Assembly: GCA_000934665.2 (NCBI GenBank)
Contig: JYFJ02002547.1
Coordinates: 1 to 54,967 of the forward strand
Direction of reading: 5' to 3'
From: Catajapyx aquilonaris
Taxonomy: Eukaryota
DNA length: 54,967 nucleotides
Numbering within the stretch: the stretch's first letter is position 1; every line of letters begins with the position of its first letter. Both the position numbers and the translations under genes were made by a program. The notes under the pieces are model-generated. The model saw only the letters and a list, made by a program, of their open reading frames with translations, was not told the origin of the DNA and searched no databases. Shown here one piece after another: positions 43,701 through 52,060 of this stretch.

Positions 43701-46287
43701 TGCTCTCGCCATCACTGAAAGTCACACTTGCAGAATGCTCTCGAGTGGTCATATCCAGAAGAACAGAACCACATTCCACGAGGCGTTCCTTGCACACCAA
43801 CACAATCTCACTTCCTTTGCTGCTACGGGGCTTGAAGTATAGCTTGTCCTACAAGGTGAAATACAAGATGGTGTTAATCAGGTTTTCTGGAACATGTGCA
43901 GAATTTCACAACCAGTTATTTTGGTTTTTCTTGCCAGTTTTATTTAAGCAAGCAGCAATAAAAAGCTTCCCATGGCCTAATTTCATATTTAGGTACCAGC
44001 ATTACACAAACTCAAAACAAGGCAAGCAATTAAGTTGTAATGTGGTTATTTCCAGTTTACCTTATATTTCAATTACTGTCTCATTATCATATACTATAAT
44101 GCATGGCTCCAATAAAATAAACTGCATAATAAGTCTTACGCTAAATAAGACAGACAACACCTCTTTCACACGAGGCCACCACGGACGAGCGACCAAGGCA
44201 CCGCCGCCATGTCTTTGCATTGCTGCAAGTGTAGCCTTTCACAAGTGGTGGTGGCCACATCCGTGGTCGCACCGCCAGAAATACTGGTGGTGGGCAGGGC
44301 GATTATTGGTGCCAAGCACCAACTGGCCTTGCCACCACGTGTTTGCATTGAATCAACACACAGCCAGAGAAGCACTGCCAAATTAATGTGGTGGCATGTC
44401 CATGGTGGCCTCGTGTGAAAGAGGCCTTACTGACCCATCCATCAAGAAATATTCACCATCTCAAGACATGAAGGATATGTGCCCTATTCTGTGATTGTAA
44501 AATGCACAACTCACCATGGCACAGCCAAGCCACCCTTTCTTATCAGGATAGAAGTCCGGCCTATGGGCATACAGATGACCTCGCACAGTGTCTCCATATC
44601 CAGATCCAATCTTCAGTAAACCCAGACCACAATGTAGGTACAGGAATCGCCCATCACTTGCTAAAGAACACCCTCCATGACCTAGGTCTCTTCCAGGCAC
44701 CTTCAACCTGAACTTGTGTACCACGGCACTTTTAGGTATACCATGTGTCAGCCATGTTGGACGAGCTAGTCTTCCCAAGATAACTGCATGCACACTCCTC
44801 TGCAATGCTGCCAGTGCTGATGGCATTCTCACATTCTGAGAGGACAGCTGACGTGGGCTCATCAACAATGCAGAGGCTGCCCGAAGCATCTTTCCCGTAT
44901 GGCCACGGACAACAACCAGATCAAGAAGGCAAGCGCATGCAATTGCTGTTGGATGCTGTCCATCATCAAGGGCAGAGGCTTCAGGGCCATGAGAAGTAGC
45001 CAGGTCCAGCAGCAGGGAGAAGAGGGATTCAAGTGCATCTGATGGCTCATTGCGAAGGCCCTCTGGGCGCTGACCTTGAAGCACATCTAGGAGGGCTGAT
45101 AGGGCACGGCCACACAGTCCTGGGTGCAAACTCCTGCTCTCCCTGCACAAGCATAACACCAGCAATATATTTAAATTGCAAACATTGAGTTATGGAGAAT
45201 TTCGAGACGCAAAAAATCAACTTAGGGAATGTTACATTATGGGAAAACCAATATCATTGTTCTTTTTGACTTACGGATGCTCAAGTTATAGAAGTTCCAC
45301 TGTATTGTTATTATTATTACTAATGAAGAAATGAAAGACCTGAGGTCTGCATTCATTGGCAATAAAACAATTTCCTTGCCCGCATGTGCTAAAGGTATTG
45401 TTGCTGAGCACATCCACAGATGGCAAAAATAATTGTACTGAACTAAAATATATGATTCAAAATCTCACCTGATGAGTTCAAAGACACTGCGGAGCCCCAT
45501 TCCAACAACTTTTGGCACCTGAACTGCTTCATTAGTTGTTCTGCCATCTTCATCTCCTCCTCCTGCTTCAGAAGAATCATCCTCTCCCAAGCGGGTTGGG
45601 GACCCAGACAGCAGCAGTCGACAAGCTTGCCTGTATCTGTGCTCAAGGACAGCTTGCCTGATCCCAGCAAACACAGCAAATGCTGATGGGTTACCATGGA
45701 GCTCAACCTCAGGAGGGGTCTGGCTCCATCCATCCAAATCCTGCAAGATTCATGGATAATAATTTCTCATGAAACTAGTGCATGCTAATGATCTAAAGGA
45801 CATTGCTTGTGCTTAAATAATTTTTAAAAAACCTTCTTATTCTGCAAAAATTGGAAACATATCACATAACAGGAATGTCTCACCACCACATCATCAAACC
45901 AAGCGTCTCACTTTAATGTACGGTGGTGTTAACGAAATCAATTGATGGGCTTGTTGACAATGTTACATGACATCAACAAATACATCAAGAGACAACTCAA
46001 CATGATGGCAACATCACCATTTTCTTCAAGTGCAATGTTCAAAATGCAAACAGTCATGCACTGCATACCTTAGCCTTAGCCTCCCGCTTAACAGCTTTCT
46101 TGACATTGTTGACCTGTTGGTGCTGCTGTTGCGTTCTCTGCGCTGCTGCCTTTGCTCTCTGCGAACTCCTGTCGCCAGACCTCCTCCTATGCAAGGGCAG
46201 TTCTGGAGCAGAGCGGAATAACTCATGGAAGTGTCCTGCTAGCAGCTCTGGTGATGGGGCCACTTTCTCCAAGCATGTACTCCACAT
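852..46287 (-). CDS. MYCBP2: E3 ubiquitin-protein ligase MYCBP2/highwire (PHR family), 5' part; 18 coding exons, continues beyond the left edge
   Basis: Spliced translation is collinear with MYCBP2 motifs recalled from memory (NPSAF, GSGYGDTVRGH, ELPITKSPKIVH, CMVCTVC..CTGYG, HGGGWGYS, NNGTDVNAGQIPQLLY, WNTGNGSPDA, NGTNQTRGQ, FSLETASDY, GGRLARWLQPD, SAGLRVRAHPSLQ). All introns are GT-AG with consistent phases. Confidence 0.97.
1820..2238 (-). mobile_element. tRNA-derived SINE, copy 1
   Basis: A box TGGCCAAGATGG, B-box-like GGTTCGTCGCC, A-rich tail, 15-bp TSD AAATAACACTTTAAT (1805-1819 / 2239-2253); homologous to 30589-30924. Confidence 0.88.
2380..2630 (-). pseudogene. Degenerate mariner transposase C-terminal fragment
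   Basis: Translates to ...SYSLHLAHHDICFFLKVNSALMGERF...CWNAGDDCY, resembling the mariner YSPDLAPCDFFLF..LK..L.G.RF...GDY segment. Confidence 0.55.
2720..2942 (-). CDS. MYCBP2: MYCBP2 coding exon 17 (filamin-like start)
   Basis: SNERLFLRDFI...GGRLARWLQPD...RCGWP...TKDQYGDVVHVP; phase 2 matches exon 16 across the 17 kb intron. Confidence 0.95.
3618..3709. mobile_element. Miniature mariner-type hairpin MITE
   Basis: TA|CAGGGTGTTCCAAGTATCCGGGTCACTTTTGGAT ... exact reverse complement|TA. Confidence 0.85.
3710..4061. repeat. Degenerate foldback / inverted repeat
   Basis: TATATCAATTTAATC ... GATTAAATTGATATA with further imperfect inward complementarity. Confidence 0.5.
4394..5001. mobile_element. 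hAT-like MITE (outer)
   Basis: Ends CAGGGGCGTATC / GATACGCCAGTG; 8-bp TSD AATGGCAC (4386-4393 / 5002-5009). Confidence 0.85.
4717..4931. mobile_element. hAT-like MITE nested inside the previous element
   Basis: CAGTGGCGGAT ... ATCCGCCACTG(CTG); 8-bp TSD CGTATTAC (4709-4716 / 4932-4939). Confidence 0.85.
6425..6616 (+). CDS. Nested LRR gene exon 1 (signal peptide, N-cap)
   Basis: ATGATG start, hydrophobic leader, Cys cluster, AAG|GTAAG donor. Confidence 0.82.
6425..12698 (+). CDS. Nested type-I transmembrane leucine-rich-repeat protein, about 872 aa, 5 exons (6425-6616, 10030-10305, 10363-10500, 10611-11966, 12042-12698)
   Basis: Signal peptide MMASRLLLVLVLVVHVAA, Cys cap (CSSPGCAC..SCTC), LRR-like repeats (LxxLxLxxC/N..I...AF), LRRCT-like NLFDVPCQC..WL..C, hydrophobic TM followed by RRK, Tyr/Pro-rich tail; all four introns GT-AG in phase 0. 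Confidence 0.88.
10030..10305 (+). CDS. Nested LRR gene exon 2
   Basis: TTTTTCCTGCAG acceptor; LRSLQLQAV..VEADAFLQLPNLRNVSF; CAG|GTGAC donor. Confidence 0.85.
10363..10500 (+). CDS. Nested LRR gene exon 3
   Basis: CTCTCTGCAG acceptor; RLEVDNC..VEGNTF..LHPGSF; ACG|GTAGG donor. Confidence 0.78.
10611..11966 (+). CDS. Nested LRR gene exon 4 (LRRs, LRRCT, TM, juxtamembrane)
   Basis: TTGTTACAG acceptor; IPSHAF, LLSDAF, IEKGAL, MATGAM, MESGAI repeats; TM at about 11601-11679; AAG|GTGAG donor. Confidence 0.9.
12042..12698 (+). CDS. Nested LRR gene exon 5 (cytoplasmic tail)
   Basis: Branch-like CTAAT then CACAG acceptor; YEPI, YARP, two CDYxEP..VHxYxEI motifs, poly-Pro, TGA. Confidence 0.82.
   Translation: MEEAAAAATTSGNGWASTGTQCNNDYEPIVLRPPQSQCPSTQQKKESKSSTFATPKSFWLRVRGPRGPLPLQDSPQPGRQTQQPAGQYARPNTCSKGRPPSMCGVGGAVLCDYAEPRDAPVHIYTEIGPGADVTTRRRSGAPLLQRLQPFFRIGGSRSSANNCPASRQPLSPPVCDYSEPNDSQVHLYAEICPPPPLHPPPPPLHPPPSHPPPPPPNR
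13362..13367 (+). terminator. Candidate polyadenylation signal of the nested gene
   Basis: AATAAA about 660 nt after the stop codon. Confidence 0.3.
13800..14050 (-). pseudogene. Possible degenerate pogo/Tigger CENP-B-type HTH remnant
   Basis: ERELAG...YALSASDVEVLARDFV...KRAG...EWYGF across frames; weak resemblance only. Confidence 0.3.
18090..18500. pseudogene. Two degenerate mariner transposase fragments in opposite orientation
   Basis: Minus strand WNIFEHPPNSPD..DL..LF; plus strand KWITLEHLP..HLFHHHMKIFGR; both resemble mariner W..L.HPPYSPDL...HLF. Confidence 0.5.
19900..20675 (-). CDS. MYCBP2: MYCBP2 coding exon 16
   Basis: ESPHPYKPA...EFDPRCGTAQAED...FSLETASDYVRD...QALEGILPY. Confidence 0.96.
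21135..21705. mobile_element. pogo/Tigger-like MITE
   Basis: TA|CCGTATTACCTC..ATATTGCGGCATG ... CATGCCGCAATAT.GAGGTAATACGG|TA with subterminal repeats. Confidence 0.82.
21929..21986. mobile_element. 58-bp hAT (Charlie-like) remnant
   Basis: CAGTGGTTC ... GGGAAACACTG; 8-bp TSD CCCTAGAA (21921-21928 / 21987-21994). Confidence 0.8.
22014..22640 (-). CDS. MYCBP2: MYCBP2 coding exon 15 (PHR2 end)
   Basis: Gly-rich start, RWNSLE...LRNHGGRTSNGDGG...CSLSFNGTNQTRGQLPQVLYY. Confidence 0.94.
22843..23257. mobile_element. Foldback MITE, Kolobok-like ends
   Basis: AAGGGACACTCCACTCCAAAAACAAGTTGGTC ... GACCAACTTGTTTTTGGAGTGGAGTGTCCCTT-TAA; complementarity over most of its length. Confidence 0.8.
24461..25102. 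mobile_element. Tc1/mariner-derived non-autonomous element
   Basis: TA|CAGGGTG ... CACCCTG|TA with imperfect long TIRs; transposase remnants (VCFVDEATF; TNGAHVE). Confidence 0.72.
25254..25460 (-). CDS. MYCBP2: MYCBP2 coding exon 14 (PHR2 start)
   Basis: RFTRTNQSRTWNTGNGSPDAVCFSVDRPGIV...YEYELELLDD. Confidence 0.96.
25630..26082 (-). CDS. MYCBP2: MYCBP2 coding exon 13
   Basis: RLLSAALAALC...FPEVLNRLLKIATLPV...HLVHHTCLLLA; phase 0 at both ends. Confidence 0.9.
26667..26870 (+). mobile_element. Possible degenerate tRNA-derived SINE
   Basis: GGGGACATGGTGGTCTAGTG A-box-like head and (GATT)n tail; no clear TSD. Confidence 0.3.
26989..27477 (-). CDS. MYCBP2: MYCBP2 coding exon 12
   Basis: LLQWSWNT...LRLLRVFT...ECHATFIACFHAFYPT...WTCLCDLL. 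Confidence 0.94.
27778..27970 (-). CDS. MYCBP2: MYCBP2 coding exon 11 (end of PHR1)
   Basis: VVFHFKSSKKSNNGTDVNAGQIPQLLYR. Confidence 0.96.
28083..28674. mobile_element. Long foldback element (about 590 bp), PIF/Harbinger-like
   Basis: CAACCAAAGTAAC ... GTTACTTTGGTTG; two arms of about 285 bp complementary around 28375; 3-bp TGA on both sides. Confidence 0.85.
29397..29747. mobile_element. TA-flanked MITE with about 100-bp TIRs containing AACCT/TTAGG repeats
   Basis: TA|CTGTCTGATTTATTCTACTCCTGACACAC ... GTGTGTCAGGAGTAGAATAAATCAGACAG|TA. Confidence 0.85.
29912..30431. mobile_element. Mariner-derived foldback element
   Basis: TA|CAAGGGGCGTTC..AAAGTTCG ... CGAACTTT..GAACACCCC; each arm encodes a (R/C)WEK(C/F)V.LQ mariner C-terminus-like peptide. 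Confidence 0.75.
30589..30924 (-). mobile_element. tRNA-derived SINE, copy 2
   Basis: A box TGGCCGAGATGG, B box GGTTCGATCCC, (TAAA)n tail, 17-bp TSD GTATTTCAAAGATTTAT (30572-30588 / 30925-30941). Confidence 0.9.
31476..32070. mobile_element. Probable hAT-like element, left end only
   Basis: Starts CAGGGGCGGATCCAG like the 4717 element; GC-rich; no right TIR found. Confidence 0.4.
32076..32734. mobile_element. Tc1/mariner-type MITE with long TIRs
   Basis: TA|CAGGGTGTAACAAGACCCAATGCATAAATTTTAAAGG ... reverse complement|TA; about 95 bp near-perfect, then imperfect. Confidence 0.88.
32739..33086. mobile_element. Tigger/pogo-like MITE abutting the previous element
   Basis: TA|CAGTGGAGCATC.ATTAT ... 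ATAATCGATGCTCCACTG|TA; internal TTATCCGAA repeats. Confidence 0.82.
33093..33556. repeat. Imperfect tandem repeats of about 190 bp ending in a piggyBac-like end
   Basis: Recurrent ATTTG(T/C)AAAATA.CTTGT...TTCAGA units; ends GTAGCGAAGGGG|TTAA. Confidence 0.45.
33905..34259 (-). CDS. MYCBP2: MYCBP2 coding exon 10 (PHR1 domain)
   Basis: HGGGWGYSGHSIEAIRF...GLFGGRGEYTAK...WYVAWARVGGPSSDCGS. Confidence 0.96.
35506..36003 (-). CDS. MYCBP2: MYCBP2 coding exon 9
   Basis: FKCLVINRRDG...CLDPLYDILW...AAIHLLACVDTL...VNRFE. Confidence 0.93.
36079..36640 (-). CDS. MYCBP2: MYCBP2 coding exon 8 (RCC1 repeats)
   Basis: VQVACGLHHT...HGQLGLGD...AGSNHS...KGQLGR...GASGDQTF. Confidence 0.95.
37533..37777 (-). 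CDS. MYCBP2: MYCBP2 coding exon 7
   Basis: RLQEQYQRRMEERR...EREAGRVASLPPGRLQ; phase-1 acceptor (CAGTAG), CAG|GTGGG donor. Confidence 0.85.
38796..39321 (-). CDS. MYCBP2: MYCBP2 coding exon 6 (Cys-rich insert)
   Basis: GQCGR...CPAGKHVW..EQCMVCTVCRECTGYG...CGCGSGDSGCAECGCCRACA. Confidence 0.95.
40351..41231. mobile_element. piggyBac-like non-autonomous element
   Basis: TTAA|CCCAGTTATGCCG ... CGGCATATCTGGG|TTAA (12/13 TIR match). Confidence 0.72.
41384..41670 (-). CDS. MYCBP2: MYCBP2 coding exon 5 (RCC1 repeats)
   Basis: KPKKMIKMEG...ACNNGS...LGKAH...TFGINNK. Confidence 0.95.
42123..42451. mobile_element. Tigger/pogo-like MITE
   Basis: TA|CAGTAGAACCC ... GGGTTCAACT; internal TTATCCGA repeats. 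Confidence 0.7.
42793..43082. repeat. Degenerate inverted-repeat element
   Basis: GCAACTCC..GTACTTAGAGAGTCTC versus GAGACTCTCCAAGTAC..GGAGTTGC. Confidence 0.4.
43224..43848 (-). CDS. MYCBP2: MYCBP2 coding exon 4 (start of RCC1-like domain)
   Basis: DKLYFK...LKLARKCL...WGELPITKSPKIVH...RRGEDADQ. Confidence 0.95.
44160..44426. mobile_element. PIF/Harbinger-like MITE
   Basis: CCTCTTTCACACGAGGCCACCA.GGAC ... GTCC.TGGTGGCCTCGTGTGAAAGAGGCC|TTA. Confidence 0.75.
44515..45142 (-). CDS. MYCBP2: MYCBP2 coding exon 3
   Basis: HPGLCGRALSALLDVLQGQ...KIGSGYGDTVRGH...WLGCAM; GT-AG borders. Confidence 0.95.
45469..45740 (-). CDS. MYCBP2: MYCBP2 coding exon 2
   Basis: ELHGNPSAF...VPKVVGMGLRSVFELI; TTGCAG acceptor, AG|GTGAG donor. 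Confidence 0.93.
46069..46287 (-). CDS. MYCBP2: MYCBP2 coding exon 1 (MWSTCLEK...KREAKAK)
   Basis: ATG at 46287, basic N-terminal stretch, donor AAG|GTATG in phase 0 with the next exon; poorly conserved, so the start is less certain. Confidence 0.7.
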
Positions 46288-47750
46288 CCTGACTTGTTTT
46301 CCTAATTCCCAAGAAGAAATGTACAAGTTAGTTACAGAGTTGGAGCATTAAAAAATAGTTTTTAAATGAATACTTAAAACCATTTACAACCCTTGATCTG
46401 GAAGGAATCATTGGATGGGAGAACATTATTTATTAACAAATCCCAGCCAGTAAAATTACATGCGCCAGGCTAGCACTGGCTAGGGTAGCTACCAGACCTT
46501 CCTTCTAGCAGTTTATTCTTGCAATAACATCTTACCAATGAAAAAGGAGTGCCAGCTAGCTAAAGTGCCAGCCAGCCAGGTGTTACCAGCTCTACAATGG
46601 TTTTCTCGAATGTGAGGGGATATTGCGGGAGTGGCAGGACGGGAGAAAGCAAAAGAGGAGAGGGTTGAAAACCAACCCTTCCATCCCACCTGGATAGCAG
46701 CCTGTTCATTTCATTCACTTTCCTACTAAATCTCATTTATCTCATAAAAACTGGACAGTATTACTCTCTTATCCGCAGTGGAAGAGCTTCAATCCTCCTC
46801 CCCCATGTATGCTTGAAACTGTGGGTAATACTGAACCCAATGTAGGATTTTTAAAATACGTACTTATGATGCATTTTAATTTTAAAATTATATGCAAAAA
46901 TAATTAACAACGTAAAATCAGTTACAACAGTACTGTAGTGTAATAAAAGTCCTCATTCCTCAACCCGTCATCTTTACATGTGTTATTATGATAAAACCTA
47001 CACACAGTAAGAAGACGTACAACTTGAACACAAGTTATATAGATTTAACCTAGCTTTCAGGCTATACGTCAATACGGGTCAATTATTTTTTGTCGTATCT
47101 GTGTTAAATCTATTGAAAGTTAAACAGGATGGCCTAACTTAATGAGATGGACAAACATTTATACTGCTTGGCAGACAGCTAGGCCATAGCAGACAGAGGA
47201 TCATGCAGCCAAATTTGGTAGACTGACAATGGCTGGCCAGCCCCCAGCCCTGGCTCACTGCTAGCACTAGCTGCCAGCCAGTCAGTTGGCACATATGAGC
47301 ATAAGGAATTTAAGAAGCTTTTTTTCCATTCCGGTATGCATTTGTACAAGGGGCAAAAGTGTCCAGTACTCGAGCCTTATGCTATAGGTAAGCTTCACTT
47401 CCTTTCGCTGGTCAAGGAGTGCTCGGCAGCATTTCCTTTCAAAGAAGTTATGCACAAAGGTCCATTGTCCATATCTCAGGGCTACTGACCTCTCAGGAGA
47501 CAAGCCAATGACCACAACATGATAGTACAAATACGAATGTCCCAGTTGCAGTTTACTACGATTTGAATATTTGGCAAGTATTACTGCATATTTCGAAGGA
47601 TTCAAATACTCTGGCACCTGGTGGATATAGTAGACGCCAGCGTGGACCGATTCAAACTTGCCTGTAGATCCCGTGCACATCAGTATCAGCCCCGAGCTTA
47701 CCCCAGGGCAAAACACCGGCTGGCTGCTTTCAGCTGGTGTGTCGTCTCAC

Positions 47751-47960
47751 CTTTTCTGTTCTCGTCCTGACCACAATTCGCCGTCCCCACAGCGACGTGC
47801 GTGGTTCCGTACCGGCGGTGTCACCGCATGATCCCCATCATAACGTTGCTCTCACTGGACAGTAAATCTGAAGCACAGTAAAGGCAGCAGATCGGGTAAA
47901 TGACATTCACGGGGAAAAACGATGGGAGCGACGCCGCCAACTCTTCACCACCAATATCAA
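47751..47960 (-). other. Putative non-coding first exon / 5' UTR of MYCBP2
   Basis: CpG-rich stretch ending in AAG|GTGAG at 47751 (alternative GGG|GTAAG at 47702), about 1.5 kb upstream of the first coding exon. The upstream boundary is a guess. Confidence 0.4.
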
Positions 47961-48823
47961 ATAGCTGTCAGGTTCAACTGGCAGTGTAGCGTAACTGCTG
48001 TCACCTGCACCAATAGCTCTTTGTGTACCCAACTATTATGATACACTAGGCTTTGCCCAAATGTTAACCCTGGACCACGTTTAGCCATGTAGTAATTACT
48101 TTATCATCTTACTCGGAGGGTATATGTGTTACAGTAGTGTAAACCGTACGTAGTTTTGTGTGTCGTGGCTGCACATACAAACATAATAATTAGCTACTGT
48201 CACTGAAAGCTACTTGTGCGGCATTCTGGCTATTCTCCAAAATAGCTCCTTACCTCCCGAAAATCGATCGGCCTCCTTGGCATATGAGCAGTTTGGCAAT
48301 GGCGCAACCGCTCAGTCGAACAAGTGACGGTCACGACACGCAAAATAAATCACATGACGCACGTTTTTACGACCACAGTAGCCTCTGGACCACAGTATTA
48401 AAAGAAGAGTAAAAGATTGCAAGCCTGTGGGTTGGACATTTCCCAAACGTCGAGTGAGAAAATATGGCGAAAATATTTATTTTATGATAGTAGCTTATAC
48501 AGCATGCGTAACAGTCTGGGTACTAAACTTCTACTCTATGTACATGTTTGCAGCATGACTTTGGATGAGTCTCAGATCAACTGTCATGCACATGCAGTTC
48601 ACCATGACGTTTTCCTATAAAACCGGTAGCCAACATGGCAACAATGAATCTGTGAATGGAGGCATAAGTCAATCGTTACCTAACTGCACGACATTGTTAG
48701 TTAATAGTGTCACATTTAAGGTGACCATCAGTTGTCACGAATTTTCACCTTTTGTCTCTCAAGGATCATTCGGGACACCTATTTGCCTCACATTTGGCCA
48801 AGTTGTCACTATATATTAGGATA

Positions 48824-49087
48824 AGGGCGACACGGTGGCCGAATGGTTAGCGCCGCAGCCTTCCACCTCTAAGGTCCCGAGTTCGATCCCCGGGTCAGAC
48901 GGAGGATACTTATGTGGATAGAGTTTCGATGGGTTCTCTCCGTGTTCGCGTGGGTTTTCTCGGGGTTCTCCCGTTTCCTCCCACTATCAAAATCCATCAC
49001 ATTACAGGCAAATGATTAAAGTCGGATATTCAAAAGATGAACCCCTAAGAGGTCCAATATCACGGGGTATCCATTATTATTATTATA
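48824..49087 (+). mobile_element. tRNA-derived SINE with V-domain-like core
   Basis: A box TGGCCGAATGG, B box GAGTTCGATCCC, core GCGTGGGTTTTCTCGGGGTTCTCCCGTTTCCTCCCAC, (ATT)n tail, 14-bp TSD TATATATTAGGATA (48810-48823 / 49088-49101). Confidence 0.9.
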
Positions 49088-49303
49088 TATATATTAGGAT
49101 AGGGTTCGTACAGTAGTGTGACTGTAAGAGCAGTAAGTAGGATTACAAGCCGAGGTGGCCTGTTAGCGAGCAACTTGGATGAGATATGGGTAAGGCCCAT
49201 ACCATAAAATTTTAAGGATAGGAGCCCCTAAGCAAGACCACATAGTGTAAGGTACCTTTTCAACAATGAATAATTCATTGTCAAGTAAAGTTTTAATTTT
49301 ATT

Positions 49304-49407
49304 ATTTAATTATTTGGAAATAAATATTTCGTTGTTTTCTAAATTTAAAGTGTCCTGGTCACTTTAAATTTAGAAAACAACAAAATATTTATTTTCAAAT
49401 AATGAAT
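49304..49407. repeat. AT-rich hairpin of about 100 bp
   Basis: TTGTTTTCTAAATTTAAAGTG-tcctggt-CACTTTAAATTTAGAAAACAA with extended imperfect arms. Confidence 0.7.
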
Positions 49408-50210
49408 CAATGAACATCTTTGAATGTTCCAGCACTAATCACATTATGTATACATTGGCACAAAACAGATGAAACTATTGATGCTTCCATACATGGCAGT
49501 AATCACAAAATTAAATTCTCAATACGACAGCGTCCAGTTTGGCAATTGAGTAGTGTCAAGTAACTGGTCACCCATGAACGCTGACAAGTAAATCTTTCAC
49601 CTGGAGGATTTAAAAGGGCAATGTTCTGAACTAGAGAGTGATCCACTGTTGCAATAATGATGAATCATTTTCAACAAGACATGATCAGGTACGGGACATA
49701 TAATACTGTTGACTCCAGATATAACAGACTTCATGTGACTTACACGACACACAAAGATGGTATTTAAACATGCTAATTTTTATGCTGAATAAGTCGTTGC
49801 AATGGAAAGATAAATATATGGTACATTCATCCAGTTCTTATGTGATAGAAATCACAGTTTACTATGAAAAACAGTAGCTTACTTGTTGAATTATGAAGAT
49901 TTTTATGGAGCCTTAGACCAAATAAATTTGCACACCCGCCACATAGGAAATAAACAGTGTTGTTAACTTGAACGTATGTTACAATTCTCTAATATCTGTT
50001 CAAAAATATAAAAACTACACAATCTCAGCTTTCAGAAAAGATCATGAGATCATAGAAATTATTTATTTTATAATCTGACCCTGATGTATACTTTATTGCA
50101 TGGAATTAGCCAAATTCATAATATCCTGAATGCGGAGCGTCAGTTTCAGATACTTCTGTTAAACTCCTCTCTCACTTTTTTCCGTCTATGTAGTACCTTT
50201 TGCACTAAAA

Positions 50211-50573
50211 CAGTGGTTCCCAACCTGGGGGGCGTGAGAGGATTTCAGGGGGGGCGTGAGGCCATGAGAAATACGTAAAATAATGTAACATGTTTCCGCT
50301 TGGCGCTGCTGGAAATATGAAGGGACAGACTTTTCTCCTTGCGTGCATCCGATGTGCTTACAGTGTCTATTCCACTGTACTTTGTGACCTACATTCACCT
50401 AAACTTTGTGACCTTGAACCCCCCCAAAAATTGGCCCTTTTGTTGTTGCCCCTATTTAAACAAGTTTTCATTCCTCAGTTATAAAATTTTCTTTCAAGAA
50501 ACTCTTGCTACAATATTGGGGGCGGGGGGNACCTAAAAGGGGGGCGTCATGGCGAAAAGGTTGGGAACCACTG
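50211..50573. mobile_element. hAT (Charlie-like) MITE
   Basis: CAGTGGTTCCCAACCT ... AGGTTGGGAACCACTG; 8-bp TSD CACTAAAA. Confidence 0.88.
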
Positions 50574-51713
50574 CACTAAAAGGAATTAGGCGGAATTAGG
50601 CCTATTCACGAGGTGTAATAGCTGTCCTACAAAATACCTACTGTATCTTTTGTAGCAATATTATGGGGGGGGATTTGTCCTGCTTTATCAGAAATTACCA
50701 TGGTTCTCTGCTACATGTAGGAACATGCTGAATGATAAAAGCATCAGCATTTAAAAAATTATTTTTGCCAATGGGCTTTTGGCAACTTTTTATTCCAGTC
50801 AATGTGGAAACCAGGTTTTCACAGAAGTCACATGTCCAACATTGCAAGCACCTTACTTTAGGTCAGGGGTTCCCAACCTGGAAGTCGTGGCCCCCCAAGG
50901 GGGCCGTGGAGCAGGTCCATCACAAATACAAGACACGAAGTTAAACATGACAGGCTGGTGAAAATTAGGTTATAAACAGGATATATAAAATTATATAGCC
51001 TACTGCTATTTACACACAAAAAAAATTCCACCTGTCCTTTAATTTATGCACAACTACAGTATTATGCCTGATGGGTTGTCTCATATCTTTTGAAGGGGAA
51101 CAAGCAGCAGATGATGATAGAGCATCATGTCACACTAATTGATGTGTCTAATTCATGTGTCAGTTCTTCTTCTCGCCATTCACTCTGGAAACTCTAATTC
51201 CTAAGAACATCCACAGAAGCAAAAAATTATTATTTGGAGGAAGCAATGATTCTTCAAAACAGCCCATGTGTTAATGTGACATCATAATGGAAGCAAACTC
51301 CCAGCATATCAGTTATACCTATATATATCATATACCTTATATATATTTACCTAATACTGAACAATGAAAATTATGATATGATATGAATATATATGATATG
51401 ATATGAATATAATATGATATGGGCTTATTATTAATGCCATATTACCATGTATGGAAAATAACAGATTGTTATATTGATACCAGAACCAGCACTTGTTGTG
51501 GATTGTAAGCAAATATTGTTAGCACACCTTTGCACTGGTGGTAGTTGCAAACACTATGGTTTGGAACATGGTGCAATCCAGGCAATTACTGTGTAGTTAT
51601 CAGCATTCAACAGCAATTGGTAAAATTTCTCATTTAGGATCCTTAATTTATTGTATATACCATGGTCCCAATGGGGCAACTTTTTGCTTACTTTTAACAT
51701 TCTTAATTACTAT

Positions 51714-52060
51714 GAGGGTTACTACATGGAGCAGTTACCCAAGGGGGTTACCACTTCCCAAAACAGTGTACACCAGTTCTGGAACCAACATGGTTCCACC
51801 TGCCAGTTCCAGGCCGGTTCCACAGGGACCCGGGTCCCTGTGGAACCGGCCTGTACACCGGTTCCACGAAGTGGTTACCCCCTTGCAGTTACCTCCACTG
51901 TCCAGAAGTAGGCCCCTAGTCTGGTCAGTCTGGTCACTTTGGGTAACTTACCCACTAGGTTATGGACATGGCAATGTACCCGTATATAAATTGACATAGG
52001 TAAAGACCAAGTTACCCAAGTGGGTAAACTACCCTGGGTGACCAGACTACGTGGCATAGT
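51714..52060. repeat. Repeat-rich element with short inverted motifs
   Basis: Recurrent GTTACCCAAG / GGGTAAC and GGAACC / GGTTCC motifs; family not recognised. Confidence 0.4.

Noticed and set aside
43493..44386. 297-aa plus-strand ORF
   Set aside because: Antisense shadow of exon 4 running through intron sequence and a MITE.
47282..47716. 144-aa minus-strand ORF as an extra MYCBP2 exon or separate gene
   Set aside because: No recognisable similarity, non-ATG start, ends in a stop without a fitting donor.
48824..48900. tRNA gene
   Set aside because: A and B boxes are followed by a SINE body, simple-repeat tail and TSD; no complete cloverleaf.
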